A stretch of DNA of 64,000 nucleotides from the human T2T-CHM13v2.0 reference genome, Homo sapiens. The translations under genes and the position numbers were made by a program. Numbering within the stretch: position 1 is the stretch's first letter; each line of letters begins with the position of its first letter. The DNA lies in the NCBI RefSeq assembly GCF_009914755.1, contig NC_060926.1. One strand, given 5' to 3'. Positions 1 to 20,359 of this stretch are shown here, one piece after another. A model generated the notes under the pieces. The model worked only from the letters and a program-made list of their open reading frames with translations, was not told the origin of the DNA and ran no database searches.

Positions 1-1035
1 AACCATCCCCCATGTTAAGAAACAGAACACAAGGCTGGGCGCAGTGGCTCACTCCTGTAATCCCAGCAGTTTGGGAGGCCAAGGCAGGTGGATCACAAGG
101 TCAGGAGTTCAAGACCAGCCTGAGCAACATGGTGAACCCCCGTCTCTACTAAAAAAATACAAAAAATTAGCTGGGCGTGGTGGCACGTGCCTGTAGTCCC
201 AGCTATTCAGGAGTCTGAGGCAGAAGAATCACTTGAACCTGGGAGGCAGTGAGTGACAGAGCAAGACTACGTCTCAAAAAAAAAGGGCTGGGCATGGTGG
301 CTCACGCCTGTAATCCCAGAACTTTAGGAGGCTGAGGCGGGTGGATCATGAAGCCAGGAATTCGAGACCAGCCTCGCCAATATGGTGAAACCCCATCTCT
401 ACTAAAAGCACAAAAATCAGCCAAGCGTAGTAGCACGCGCCTGCAGTCCCAGCTACTTAGGAGACTGAGGCAGAAGAATCACTTGAACCCAGGAGGCAGA
501 GGTTGCAATGAGCCGAGATCGTGCCACTGCACTCCAGCCTGGGTGACAGAGTGAGACTCTGTCTCAAAAACAAAAAAAAAAGAAAGAAAAAAGAAACAGA
601 AGTACTCATTATCTTCTTTAAATGTCTCATTTAAATTGTTCAAGCATGGCCAGGCGTGGTGACTCACACCTGTAATCCCAGCACTTTGGGAGGCCAAGGC
701 AGGCAGGTCCCTTAAGCTCAGGAGTCTGAGACTTGCCTGGGCAACATGGCGAAACCCCATCTCTAAAAAAAAAAGAAAAAAAAAAAAACCCACGAAGTGT
801 TCAAGCACCTTTGGTGACTCCCTGTTTCCTATTCTAGCTTCCCTAGCCTGTTTTTCAGTCAGGCCCCATCACACTGGCCTTGGCGTTCTCCTCACTGCCT
901 CTTCCACCCCACCTTCACTCTGGCCATTACACTTCATCTAAGAGCACAGGATCAGAAACATAAAATCTGTCTTCCAGGCCCCTCTTTGTCATTTATTAGC
1001 TGTCTGAATTCAAATAGATTGTTTAAGCTTTCTGA

Positions 1036-2100
<1,065 letters not shown>

Positions 2101-2885
2101 CTCTCAGTTCTCACTTTCCTTGTGAGTGGGAATCTCTGTTCTGCCAAATGTTCAAGCCTGCTGAGAAGATAAAAAAAAAAAATTAGAGATATGAAGTTTC
2201 ATTGAAAACTTTAAAGTTCAACAAAAATGGAAGTGATTTTGAAGAAGATAATCTCTTTGACTTGCCTCCAACTGTTTACCTGTCAGATGCACTTTGTCTA
2301 GCCAAGCCTACCCTTCCTTCAGCCCCCAGCCCAGTAGGAATTGGACTTTTTCCAGCACCTAGAGCCTCTTGGGTACCTGGAGACCTTCTCAGCATTTAGA
2401 TGGGCCACATAGTTTAGCATTTAATTAGATATGGACTGGGCCTGGTGGCTCACGCCTATAATCCCAGCACTTTGGGAAGGTGAGGCAGGTGGATCACTTG
2501 AGGTCAGGAGCTCAAGACCAGCCTGGCCAACATGGTAAAACCCCATCTCTACTAAAAATACAAAAATTAGCTGGGCGTGGTGGTGCGCGCCTGTAATCCC
2601 AGCTACTCAAAAGGCTGAGGCAGGACAGTAGCTTGAACTCGGGAGGCAAAGATTGCAGTGAGCCGAGATTGTGCCACTGCACACCAGCCTGGGTGACAGA
2701 GTAAGATCCCATCTCAATAATAATAATAATTAGATATGGTCTTTCATTGTCTAGGTTGTTTTTTAGGAATATTACAGTTGAGCCGGGCATGGTGGCTCAC
2801 ACTTGTAATCCCAGTACTTTGGGAGGCCAAGGCAGGAAGATCATTTGAGCCTAGGAGTTCAGGAGCAGCCTGGACAGCACAGTGA

Positions 2886-3257
<372 letters not shown>

Positions 3258-4658
3258 TGACAATTCTCTCATGGATCATCAACACTTACAGATGAAATGG
3301 AAACAATGTTGAGTCTCAAGATAGCTCCTCCTCTCCTCCTGCCATGTTTAACACTCTCACTGTTCCCAGCTGGTGTCTGCTCAGGGAGTTCATGCTAATT
3401 TTAATTTTCTCTAGTTATTAGCTTATTTGAGAGAAGAACTTGTGCCTATTGTTCTCTACTCCTTATAAGGGCCTAACCCACTGTTGAACACATTTTAAGT
3501 CTGCAGTACATCTTTGTTGGTTGTTTTAAAAATGATCTTCTGAGCTGGGTGCAGTGTGCATACCTACAGTCCCAGCTACTCAGGAGGCCAAGGTGAGAGG
3601 ATTGCTTGAGCCCAGGGGTTTTAGACCAGCAGGGCAACATAGCAAGACCCTGTCTCTAAAACAAAGTAACCAAAAGTAATCTTCTGGCTGGGCATGGTGG
3701 CTCATGCTTGTAATCCCAGCACTTTAAGAGGCCGAGGTGTGTGGATCACCTAAGGTCAGGAGTTTGAGACCAGTCTGGCCAATATGGCAAAACCTCATCT
3801 CCAATAAAAATACAAAACTTAGCAGGGAATGGTGGCGCATGCCTGTAATCCCAGCTACTCAGGAGGCTGAGACAAGAGAATCACTTGAATCCAGGAGGCG
3901 GAGGTTTGCAGCGAGCCGAGATCGTGCCACTGCACTCCAGCCTGGGTGACAAAGTGAGACTCAGTCTCAAAAAAAAAACCAACAAAAAACCAAAACAAAC
4001 AAACAAACAAACAAACAAAAAGACACCACATACAGGAATAAAATGTACTGAGGAGACAAAAGAGTGTCAACCCAAGGATCTCTTTCAGAGGGGTTCCCTT
4101 AACTCTGGCAGGCCATGAGGATGATGCCTGGGAGCCCCAGGATTCTCCTGTTACTTTCTTGTGCCCTCAGAAACCACCCTGGTGACTCAGTAACACAAAC
4201 CTAGGGTGTTGAGTGGGTGAGGCACCGCTTCCCACCCCAGTTTATCTGGTTTTCCCAGGCAGAATAGTACACTGAAGCTGTAGGCAAAGAGGAAGCCCAA
4301 GATAGGGGAAGGCCAGGGTGTTGGTTCCTCAGTTTGTTGAAATCAGAGTCATGAAGCAAGACAAGCCAGGGCTTGCTCAGCATTTCTCCTTCCTGGCATG
4401 GGTTCACCTCAGCCCCAATTCAGTGGCAGCTCTGTTGGTTCAGAGGGGTGAGGTATCCAAGAGGAGGAAGCTTGTACAATCCTGCTAGCAGGGGAGGGCT
4501 GATGGTGGGGTGGAGTTTCAAAGGAAGCCTCTGACATCTGACAAAGGCTGAGTCAGTTATATTGCCCCATCTCTGAATCTGGCTTCTCCTGCTCCTCTAC
4601 CCTACCCATCCTGCCTTCCAGACACACCAAAGTTCTTTTTATCCCTGACCATGACAGG

Positions 4659-4780
4659 CATGGCTGCTGTGTGCAGCTTCATAGGTTGTGCACTGCACAG
4701 TTCCAGGAGGTGCTATTCCCATAGACAAAGGAGTGAATAACAACTCCAAGAATCATGCACAATTGTACCAGGCAGCCCCG
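4659..4780. mobile_element. MER91-like palindromic MITE (hAT-Tip100)
   Basis: CATGGCTGC...GGTTGTGCACTGCACA...CCAGGAGGTGCTATTCCCATAGAC...GTGAAT...TGCACAATTGTACCAGGCAGCCCCG, with imperfect terminal inverted repeats. Confidence 0.65.
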
Positions 4781-5049
4781 AGCCAAGCCCTTTTATGACT
4801 TCCTTCCTTTCCACATATTGCTTCCCCTGCCACAACTGCCCTTGTTTGCCTTTCCTCCCCCCATTTCTTTATATGGTGCAACATCTAACACTTAGTTCTC
4901 AAATTCTGCCCAAATATAATCCTGGTGAACACAAACATAACAGAATGCATATGGAAGACCTGACATACAGGAGTCTCGAACTGGCACATTGCCAGCTCAT
5001 TAAGCTTGGTAGTTTTATTATGCCTGTGGGGTGTTCTAAAAGGTAATGT

Positions 5050-6660
<1,611 letters not shown>

Positions 6661-8499
6661 AGACAATGTCTACTTTTTGCCATGATGAAGGAATGGGGTC
6701 TAGATTTATCCTCTCCTTAATCAAGCAAAAAGTTGAATGAAATATATGAAACAGTGGTTTTAAGACATTGGTCATTGGTCAACAGGGAACTCAGGACAGT
6801 GATCCTTAAGAGAAGGGAAACCAAGGAGGTGAGCAGAGCAGATGTCCCAGCTGGAGAGAGTGTCCAAGCTATAGCACAGAGAACGTGGGCTCCTGGAGAC
6901 CTGCAGAGGAGTCCCCTGACTTTTTTATTTTTGAGACAGGGTCTCACTTTGTCACCGAGGCTGGAGTGCAGTGGTGCGAACATGGCTCACTGCAGCCTCA
7001 ACCTCCTGAGTAGCTGGGACTATAGGTGCAAGCCACCACACCTGGCTACTTTTTGTATGTTTTGTAGAGACAGGATTTCATCATGTTGCCCAGGTTGGTC
7101 TCAAACTCCTGAGCTCAGGTTATCTGCCTGCCTCAGCCTCCCAGAGGGCTGGGATTACAGGCGTGAGTTATTGCGCCTGGCTTCCCCTGATTCTTTGGGT
7201 TCCAATCAGTCATGTGTGTGAAGAAACTACTGACACACTGGGGAAAGGAACCCTGGAGAGGAGGAGGAAATGGATCCGTCAGCAGAGCTTACACAGGCTG
7301 GGGAGAGCTGGTGTTCCCATTAGCTAGAGTAGAAAGACCTTCCAACCCACTGGGCATAGAGTGACACACACTGAGGCTGTGAGGCTAAACCTGCAGCAGT
7401 GAGAGAAGTAGTGGGTCTTAAGTCTAAACACGGCCTCTCAGGGGCCAGGTCAGACTAGAGGGAAATTTGATCTGCTAAATCCTCTGAGATTGAGCTAAAG
7501 CTTCTTAAGTCTTCCTGGTATGCATGAGACAGGGAGGGTCTTAGAACCTCGGGTACAGCTGAGCCTGTGTGCAGGAATTCAGTAACCCCAGGTGTGGACT
7601 ATCAGTTTGAAGTTATCTATTGATATGTTTGTTTTTCTCTTATGCGTCATCCCCTCATCAGCGCGTGCACTCTGTGAGGATAGAGATCTTATCTGACTGT
7701 GTCACAAGGGCTCCGACCAATGCCTGGCACGTAAATGGCACTCAATAAATATTTGTTGAACTGATGTTGAATGAATAAACTCGCTCTAAACCAAACCCAC
7801 GAGGGAGAAACCAGATGCAGCATTATTCATTCATTCTGTGAAATGTAATTGACAATAGGCCCGAAGAAACCCCTGTCAGCACATTCCTTGCTTTGTGGAA
7901 GGCACACTTCAGAAGCTCAAAGTATATCCAAGAGTCACTTTGTAAATACAGAGTAGGGCTAAGGGGACTTGAAAGATCTTAAGAGCCTGTGTCACTGAGC
8001 TATGGCACCCCGATGAGTCATGCTTTCCCACACAGGGACAGGCATCCCTTGCCAAACAGGATCCTGCCTTGCCCAGCACTGGCCTCTCTTCCCTGTCACC
8101 GTGGGAGAAACACTGACAGTCTGTCCTCTCCCACTTCTCTTCTCGGTACTCCTTATCAATCATAATGCTTCGGTCCTTTCTACTTGACCTCACATAACAG
8201 TGTCTTAGATTACACAGTGTCCCTTACTCGTTACATTTTCCATGTGAATTTGACCACAATTTCATACATCCTGCAAAAGACAAAATAACCTAGACATGGA
8301 TCAAGACCTCTCACTACCTAAGTTGCAAAGTCCCTCAGTCACTGTCTCTCGATTTCCCTATCTTTAGAAAATGAAATAATGTACCTTTTCCATCTAGCCT
8401 ACAGGGCTGTTAAGCAAAAACAAACAAACAAACAAAAAACTGAAGAACATGAATATGAGTGGCTCAGAAGTTGTGATTTAGGCCAGGCACGGTGGCTCA

Positions 8500-8763
<264 letters not shown>

Positions 8764-9589
8764 TCAAAAAAAAAAAAAAAAAAAGTTGTGATTTAACCTT
8801 TCTAATTAAAGTTCTATACTAGATTTGCCACTAATGAACTACATGACATGAGATCATTTTGTCAGATGCTTAGCCCAGCATCTTATTCTTAACAAGCCTC
8901 CAGGAAATATTTATTATTGACATGGGCTCTATTGCCATGAACTGAGATACCTCCCACTTTCCCAAGGAGCATGCTTGAGGAAAAATAGTTGCTTTTTAGG
9001 TAACTATTGTGCTTTTGTTTTGTTGAATGCAAATGATATGAGGTGATAAACTTGGGACCATAACTGAATGGTCTGGAAGAAAAGAGGGAATTCAGAAGTT
9101 GTATACGGAAAGAGATGAAGGGAGGAAAGTTGGCAATATGGTAGTAAGGGAGAAAACTTTTGGAGGGAGAACAGGTTTAGCTAGTGGAGTGGAGGGATCT
9201 AATTAAGCTTTGCTTTATGGTGTGTGATGTAATCCTCTTCTGTCTTCCCATGAAGCCTTCAGTAAAATCTCCTTAGTCATAGGTATTTTTGAATTTGGAT
9301 GTATTGGAGGGGATGCAAACAAAGTTCTCAGTTTGGACTTGAGTTGTATAAGGAGTGAGAGCAAAGACCAATCATCTCCTGGTTATATTATCAATTTTAA
9401 AATGAGGAGGTGAGGCCGGGCCTGGTGGCTTATGCCTGTAATCTCAGCACTTTGGGAGGCCAAGGCAGGCAGATCACTTGAGGTCAGGAGTTCAAGACCA
9501 GCCTGGCCAATATGGTGAAACCCCGTCTCTACTAAAAATACAAAAATTATCTGGGTGTGGTGGCAGTTGCCTGTAATCCCAAATGCTCA

Positions 9590-9937
<348 letters not shown>

Positions 9938-11264
9938 TCAGGTAATCCTCCCACTTCAGCCTCCCAAATAGCTGGGACCACAGGCATGCACCACCATACC
10001 CAGCTGATTTTTTTGTATTATTAATTTTGTGGAGATAAAGCTCATCACATTGCCCAGGCTGGTCTCAAACTCCTGGCCTGACATGATCTGCCCGCCTCGG
10101 CCTCCTAAAGTGCTGGGATTACAGGTGTGTGCCACTGCTCCCGGCCCACACATTGCAATTGGTTGAAAGTCTCTTTTATCTACAAATCACCCCTCTGACA
10201 CTTTTTTTTCCTCACAATTTATTTGTTAAAGAACCAAAGTTATTTATAATAGTGATAAATTGATGAATTATTAAAGTTAGGCTGGGTGTGGTGGTACATA
10301 CCTGTAATCCCAGTACTTTGGGAGGCTGAGGCAGGAGGATCATTTGAACTCAGGAGTTCAAAAACAGCCTGGGCAATATGGCAAAACCCTGTCTCTACAA
10401 AAAATACAAAAATTAGCAGGGTGTGGTGGTGTGCTCCTTTAGTCCCAGCTACTTGAGGGGCTGAGGTGGGAGGATTGCTTGAGCCCAGGAGGTTGAGGCT
10501 ACAGAGAGCCGAGACTGCGCCACTGTACTCCAGCCTGGGCAACAGAGTGAGACCCTGCCTCAAAAACATAAAAAAATTATTTTTAAGGAATTATTAAAGT
10601 TAGATATTATTAAGTCAGCTATATCAGTACAAAATGTAGAGACTTATCTGCAGTTTGTGAAAAAAGGCCTAGGATTTTTAGCTGGCCACAAACCTATTAG
10701 AGCAAACATCATGACACAGTTGCCAAAATCCTAATCTACACTTAGGTTACATTAACACCAGTACATGTGTACAATGAAAAATGTGGTCGTCTTTTCTACT
10801 ACACCAGGTCAAACCATGCCTGGCATATCATGCCTGATTGTGGCTCCCACACTTTAAGAGAGATTGAAAAACTGGAGTGATTAGACAAAGTCCTGACGCT
10901 GGTAAGAGAGCTATAACATCCCTCCCCTGGCAGGGGAGCCTGGAGGAAAGAAGGGGAAGGGGTAGAGCTGGCTGTTTGCCTGCAGGAGACTCAAGACAGT
11001 GGGTCCTTAGCAATGAGAATACACAAAAGGCAGTGATGGGAGAAGGGGCCCTGGAAAACCCACCTTCAGGAGTTTTAAGGCTAAAGAAAAGGAGGAAGAA
11101 GGGAATGAGTTAGTGAGAGAGTACACAGAAATTATCAGATCCAACTGTGTGGTAGTAGCCAGTGGGACAGACACAAATTAAGAGTGCATGGAATTATGAA
11201 GGGCTGGACATGGTGGCTCACGCCTGTAATCCCAGCATTTTAGGAGGCCAAAGCGGGCAGATCA

Positions 11265-11444
<180 letters not shown>

Positions 11445-11567
11445 TTAAGCTACAGCCTAGGATACAGGGTGAGACTTCATCTCAAAAAAAAAAAAAGTGC
11501 ATGGAATTATGAAGTCAGGACTGTGGTGTGGTCTGGGCTGGCAGACGACCAGAAAACAACTGGCCCA

Positions 11568-11998
11568 TGTAGGTATAAATACAATTTATTGGAGACCATT
11601 GGTTTGGACTGAGCTCCTGCACTAGGTCCAACAGACCAAACCAAAATGAAGTTACTCATGCTGAAGTTTCATGTCACCAAGCTGAAATTAAGTTTATCTG
11701 ACCTTCTAAGAAATCAGGAGAATGAGAGATAATAGCCAAATTTCCAAAAAGGCCAGTTTTAGCCAGCGTGATAAGGAAGTCCCCTCTGCTTTAACCTTTA
11801 TGAGAAAAGTAACTTTGAAACGACGAATCCACTTTTCGTTTTGTTTCTGCTTTCTGTCTCTAAAACCAACCTCCTCTGCTCGGCTCATGGGAACATTCAC
11901 TCTGCCTTGTAGAATGAGATATTGCCCAATTCTGGAATTTCAAATGAAAGCCAGTTAAAATGTTTAAACTAAATTTGTTGGAATTTTGTCTTTTGACG
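11568..11998 (+). mobile_element. ERV1 (MER4-group-like) solo LTR; exact subfamily not assigned
   Basis: Characteristic ...CCATTGGTTTGGACTGAGCTCCTGCACTAGG...AACAGACCAAACCAAAATG... start and ...AAACTAAATTTGTTGGAATTTTGTCTTTTGAC end; about 430 bp. Confidence 0.7.
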
Positions 11999-12145
11999 TG
12001 GGAATCAGTGGGAAGGTATTGGGACTCTGGTGTGAATGCCCAGAATCAAGAGTGGAGAGCTGGGCAGAGCTTGGTCTCAGGCCTAAAAGCTTTGATATCA
12101 GTACAGTTTGAATAAGAGCTGGTCCCAAGGAACAAGGCAAAGTGA

Positions 12146-12529
<384 letters not shown>

Positions 12530-14590
12530 TGACTCCTGGGCTCAAGCAATCCTCCCACCTCAGCCTCCTGAGTAGCTGAGACTACATGCATGCACCACTG
12601 CACCTGCCATTTTTTCCGGATTTATAGAGAGAGGGTTTCGCCATGTTACCCAAGCTGGTCTCAAACTCCTGGGCTCAAGCCATCCTCCGGCCTCAGCATC
12701 CCAAAGTACTGGGATTATAGGCATGCACCACTGCACCAGGCAAGGACACAGATTTTTATTGTTCACCCACAAAGTGCTTCACATGCACTACTTTGTCTGA
12801 CCCTCACGACAACCTGCAAGGTAGGTATTGTATTCCTACTGTACGGATGAGAAAAACTGAGACTCACAAAGGTTAGTTACTAGCTCAAGATCATGTATGC
12901 CTCAGTGGCAGGGCCAGGATTCAGAGCAGGGTGGCCTGGAGGTCTGAGGTTGGAAGCAGGTGTCACCTTAATGACTTAGGAATGAGGTCAGTGTCTGTGT
13001 CCTCCAATTATGGTGCCAGGCTCAGTCTCTACGAATGCCTGGAGAATATGTCAGCACTTACTGTAGCTTCATGTTTAGGCCAAGAAAAGGCTGAGATGAG
13101 ATGATCCATGAGAGTTTTTCACAGAAACACAGACCAAACACAGAAGCAAAATCTTGGTCTTCATATTGCCCCAGACTTGTTCTCTTCTGGGACTGAACCT
13201 AGTGTTAGAATCCTGCTCTGCAGGAATAGGGGGGTGTCTTTACATTTCATTCTGGTTATTTGCCTAAAGCAAATCCCAGAGATACCCAGAGAGGGAAGAC
13301 TTTCCTCTGCAGATGGTGGAAGATGCTGGCGCCCAGGCCATCCTATGTCATCTGTATCCAGACACAGATTCCAGATCCCTGTTCATGCCTCTGAGGACAT
13401 GGAGCGGGCCTTTTAGCTCTCTTCAGAGCTAGAGTTTCAGGCATATGGTTGCTGCCCTGGATGACAAGGGTAGCACATGGGTGGGAACTCCAGATGCATG
13501 TAAGGGAGCAAGAAGCTGCCCACTGAGGAGAATGCTGGGATAGTGCAGGGCTGGGCTGGCCCAACTAGTTCAGCTCAGCCAGGAAAGGGCAGGTCAGATC
13601 TGGCTCAGCAGGGGAGGCTATGTCGGGGAGTGGTGCTGACTCAGGGCCTGGTGAGTCAGGTGACAGCCAAGGACAGCTGTTGCCTGGGTGTTTTTAGAAA
13701 ACTTTGGCTGCCAACCACTCTCTCATGGGTGCTTCTGCACCTACTCAGAAGCAGGCAGAAAAAAGGAGGGCATCTTCTGTATAAGAAGCTCTGGGTGAGG
13801 GGTATTAATATCTGGCTCTACTTATGTTGATCCTTCCCATGAAGTACCTAGAAAACGGAGCAGAAATTAATTGAGAGGCTTCCAAATCCCTTCTGAATTC
13901 TCTGAAAATCACTTATCTTTTCTGCTTAGCTCTTTTTAGGCACCTTGCCAGGTATCCAGCATAGAGGTTAAGAGAGCAGGCTCTGAAGTTAGGAGGGCCT
14001 GGGATCAAAACCTAATTTCATCATTTATAGTTGTATGACTTAGATCAGACTAAAAACAACTTTTAATTATGGAAAGCTTCAAATATATATGAATGACACA
14101 CATTAGTATGATGAACCTCCATATACTCATTATCCAGCTTGAATAATCATTAACCCACTGTAACTTTATTTCATCTATACTCTACTTATCCCCTTTGCTC
14201 CCACTTATTTTGAAGGAAATACCAGGCATCATCACATTCCATCTCTTTTTTTCTTTTTTTTTTGAGACGGAGTCTTGCTCTGTTGCCCAGGCTGGAGTGC
14301 AGTGGTGCAATCTCAGCTCACTGCAGCCTCCTCCTCTTGGGTTCAATGATTCTCCTGCCTCAGCCTCCTGAGTAGCTGAGATTACAGGTGCCCGCCACCA
14401 TGCCTGGCTAATTTTTGTATTTTTAGTAGAGATGGCGTTTCACCATATTGGCCAGGCTGGTCTCGAACTCCTGATGTCAGGTGATCCACTCGCCTCAGCT
14501 TCCCAAAGTGCTGGGATTACAGGCATGAGCCACTGCACCCCACCTTCCATGTCTTTTCACATCTTTTTCTTTTCTTTTTTTTTGAGATAG

Positions 14591-14899
<309 letters not shown>

Positions 14900-14999
14900 T
14901 GAAAATGGGGATGATCACAGTTCCTACATCAATGTATTATTGTGAAGTCATGCCTCTAAAGGGCCAGAACAATGCAGGAACTCCATAAATGAAAACTCA

Positions 15000-15143
<144 letters not shown>

Positions 15144-16210
15144 TTAAAAAAAAAAAAAATTAGCTGGGTGTAGTGACTCACACCTGTAATCTCAGCTACT
15201 TGGGAGGCTGAGGCAGGATGATCACTTGAGCACAGGAGTTTGAGGCCACAGTTAGTTATGATTGAGCTATTGTATTCCAGCCTGGGTGACAGAGTGAGAC
15301 CCGCCTAAAAAGAAATTAGCTGGGTGTGATGGCACACACCTGTAATCCCAGCTACACGGGAGGCTGAGGCAGGAGAATCAGCTTGAACCCAGGAGGCAGA
15401 GGTTGCAGTGGGCCAAGATGGTGCCACTGCACTCCAGCCTGGACAGAGCAAGACTGAGTCTCAAAACAAGCAAACAAACAAACAAGCAAACAAACAAAAA
15501 AGGGAGCCTCTGCAACTTTCCTATCTCTTTGCCTGTGTCCCTCTTTCCTCCTGGTGACCCTCCCTTCCAGCATCTGAGGACTCTGCCCTGCCAGCACGAG
15601 GCCCACTGCTGACATCATGACAGGGTTAGGATGACTGCCCAACCTGTCTAGGCTTCAGGATGGGCTGGGAGCACAGGTCACCTGAACCTGGGGTAGAGGG
15701 GGCTAGAAAGAGGCAGTGGAGACCCAGGAAAGAGGAACCGAGGCTGCAGCAGCCTTGGAGGGCAGGCAGGAGCCAAGTTTCAGCAGAGGTGCAGCACATT
15801 CAAGTGGCAAGGTCAGCAGAAGGTGGGAAAGAGGAAGTGGACGTGCACAAATGTCAGGTAGAGCTGGAGTCATCCTGGGAATTTTACCAGAAACAAGTGT
15901 ATCAGTCACGGGTTTTGGTTGCAACAGAAACTGATATTTGGCATTTAGAAGCAGAACATACATTTACTGAAAGGCTATTGGGAAGCTCTCAGAATTACTG
16001 GGAAGGCTAGAGAAACAGGCTCAGGGATCTGGGGAAAGAAACAGGCCACAGATTCAGTCTGTTAGGCCAAGCAGTGAGTCCATCACTGCCCCTGCCGGAC
16101 CCCAAAGAGATTCTGTAGCCTATAGCACCATGGTGGCCAGCACTGGACTTGGGATCCCATCCAGCTCTGGGGTCCAGAGGTGGCCCAGAAACCAAGTGCT
16201 ACTGCTCTCA

Positions 16211-17009
<799 letters not shown>

Positions 17010-17571
17010 TGAGCCACTGCGCCCGGCCCCTAAGTTATTTTTCTTGGAGGTATTTTGGCCAACAGAGATGGCTGCTTTTAGATATTGTCTTGACAGTGAC
17101 TGACTCAATTAGCAGGTGTGTAAGGGCTTTTGATAACCTATACTTCTACTCTTTCTCTGGCTCCAGGAAAAAGGTGAGGTAGCTTGCAAATAACTGGATT
17201 TTTCCAAACAGCTAGCACCAGACAGGGAGGGGAAAGAGCTGACAGCTGAGAGTTGAGCACCAAGCTTCAGAAACTGACAATTCCATAAAGTCCATGGCCA
17301 AGTTCATATGATGAAATAAATCTGTCACATTTTTAAATTTGCATGACTATTGTTATGCTATGTGGCAGTTAGGCATAAAAGAAACAGCCAGAATCTATAT
17401 TTTTTGTATTGATCCAAACCAAATATTTAGGGTTTTTCTTCTCATTTTGATATTTTTCTGCAAATGATAACTATAAAGAGTATCAATATCAATGTCATCT
17501 ACCTCCATGTGCAATTTGATCTTCTCAATTTGTTTAAAAATTTAGATCTGGGATGCTGAGCACTGAGTTAA

Positions 17572-17829
<258 letters not shown>

Positions 17830-18075
17830 TAGAGACGGGGTTTCATCATGTTGGCCAGGCTGGTCTTGAACTCCTGACATCAGGTAATCAGCCCGCCTCG
17901 GCCTCCCAAAGTGCTGGGATTACAGGCGTGAGCCACTGTACCCAGCCTATTTTTCCCCCTTCTTCCCTCTCATTGCCTTCTTCTTCCATAGGTTTCATGT
18001 GTAATATGTTTGATGTATGTTATTAAACATGTGTGAAACCTCATAAAAGAAAGTTGTTGTTTGTAATTTACCTGA

Positions 18076-18369
<294 letters not shown>

Positions 18370-18580
18370 TGACCACCATGCCCAGCCTATAATTCATTTT
18401 CTGTTTCCTTTGTTTCAGTTCACTATGTTGCTGAAGGTGTAGCTAGTTAGGGGCTTAATAGTGCATGTGGGATAGGCCACGGGCAAGCCTGCTATCGGCC
18501 CAATAATACAAGAAACTTTCTTATATGGTATACGGTAGGCCCTTGAATGCTGACCTGGCCTCCTCCTGTGGTTAATCCTA

Positions 18581-18880
<300 letters not shown>

Positions 18881-19015
18881 TCAAAAAAAAAAAAAAAAAA
18901 GCTAGTCCCAACTCTGACCTCATTAGACCAGTTTTCTCCCTATGAATGTGGGATAGGCCATGGGTAAGGCCTGCGGTGATCACCAGAACTTAGGCATGTT
19001 TCTGTGAGGAACTAG

Positions 19016-19435
<420 letters not shown>

Positions 19436-20062
19436 TAACAACCTTAACTTGGGTCTGAGTTGTCATAATAGCCAATTTTCAAACCCAAGCCAACCCTTTC
19501 TGATCTGCTCTAACTCAGTGAGCATCCATTGTATTTTATTTACTTATTCTCCTAGTAATAGATGCTTAGATTGGTTCCAATCCAACATCTAGCTACGACA
19601 AAGCAATGATGAACCTGTGTGGGAATTTCTCTTGGACGCCCCCAGGAATAGTGCTGTTGAGTCACAGGTATGTACATTATTTATTAAATATTGCCTTGTT
19701 GCTTCCCAGAATGGGTAGACCAGATTGAATTCCTGTCAGCTATGCATGAGAGTTCTCATCTCTTCACATCTTTACCAACACTTGGTATTATCCATCTTTC
19801 TAATTTTTGCCATGCTGATGGATGGAAAATATTATCTTATTGTTTAATTTTAATTTCTCTGGTTACAAACTTGAATATTTTGTTTCAGAACATTTCTTCA
19901 TATAGTCATACACTTCTGTTAATTGCCTGTTCTTCTTCTTAATTTTATTTTTTTAGAAGAGGTCTTCCTTTGTCTCTCAGATTTGAGTGCAGAGACACCA
20001 TCACAGCTCACTGCAACCTTGAACTCCTGGGCTCAAGTGATCCTCCTACCTCAGCCTCCTGA

Positions 20063-20359
<297 letters not shown>

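Noticed and set aside
17337-17344. Octamer ATTTGCAT and other isolated AP-1/CRE-like 7-8-mers (e.g. 4183, 4549, 8014, 40458)
   Set aside because: Single short motifs occur at about the frequency expected by chance in 64 kb.
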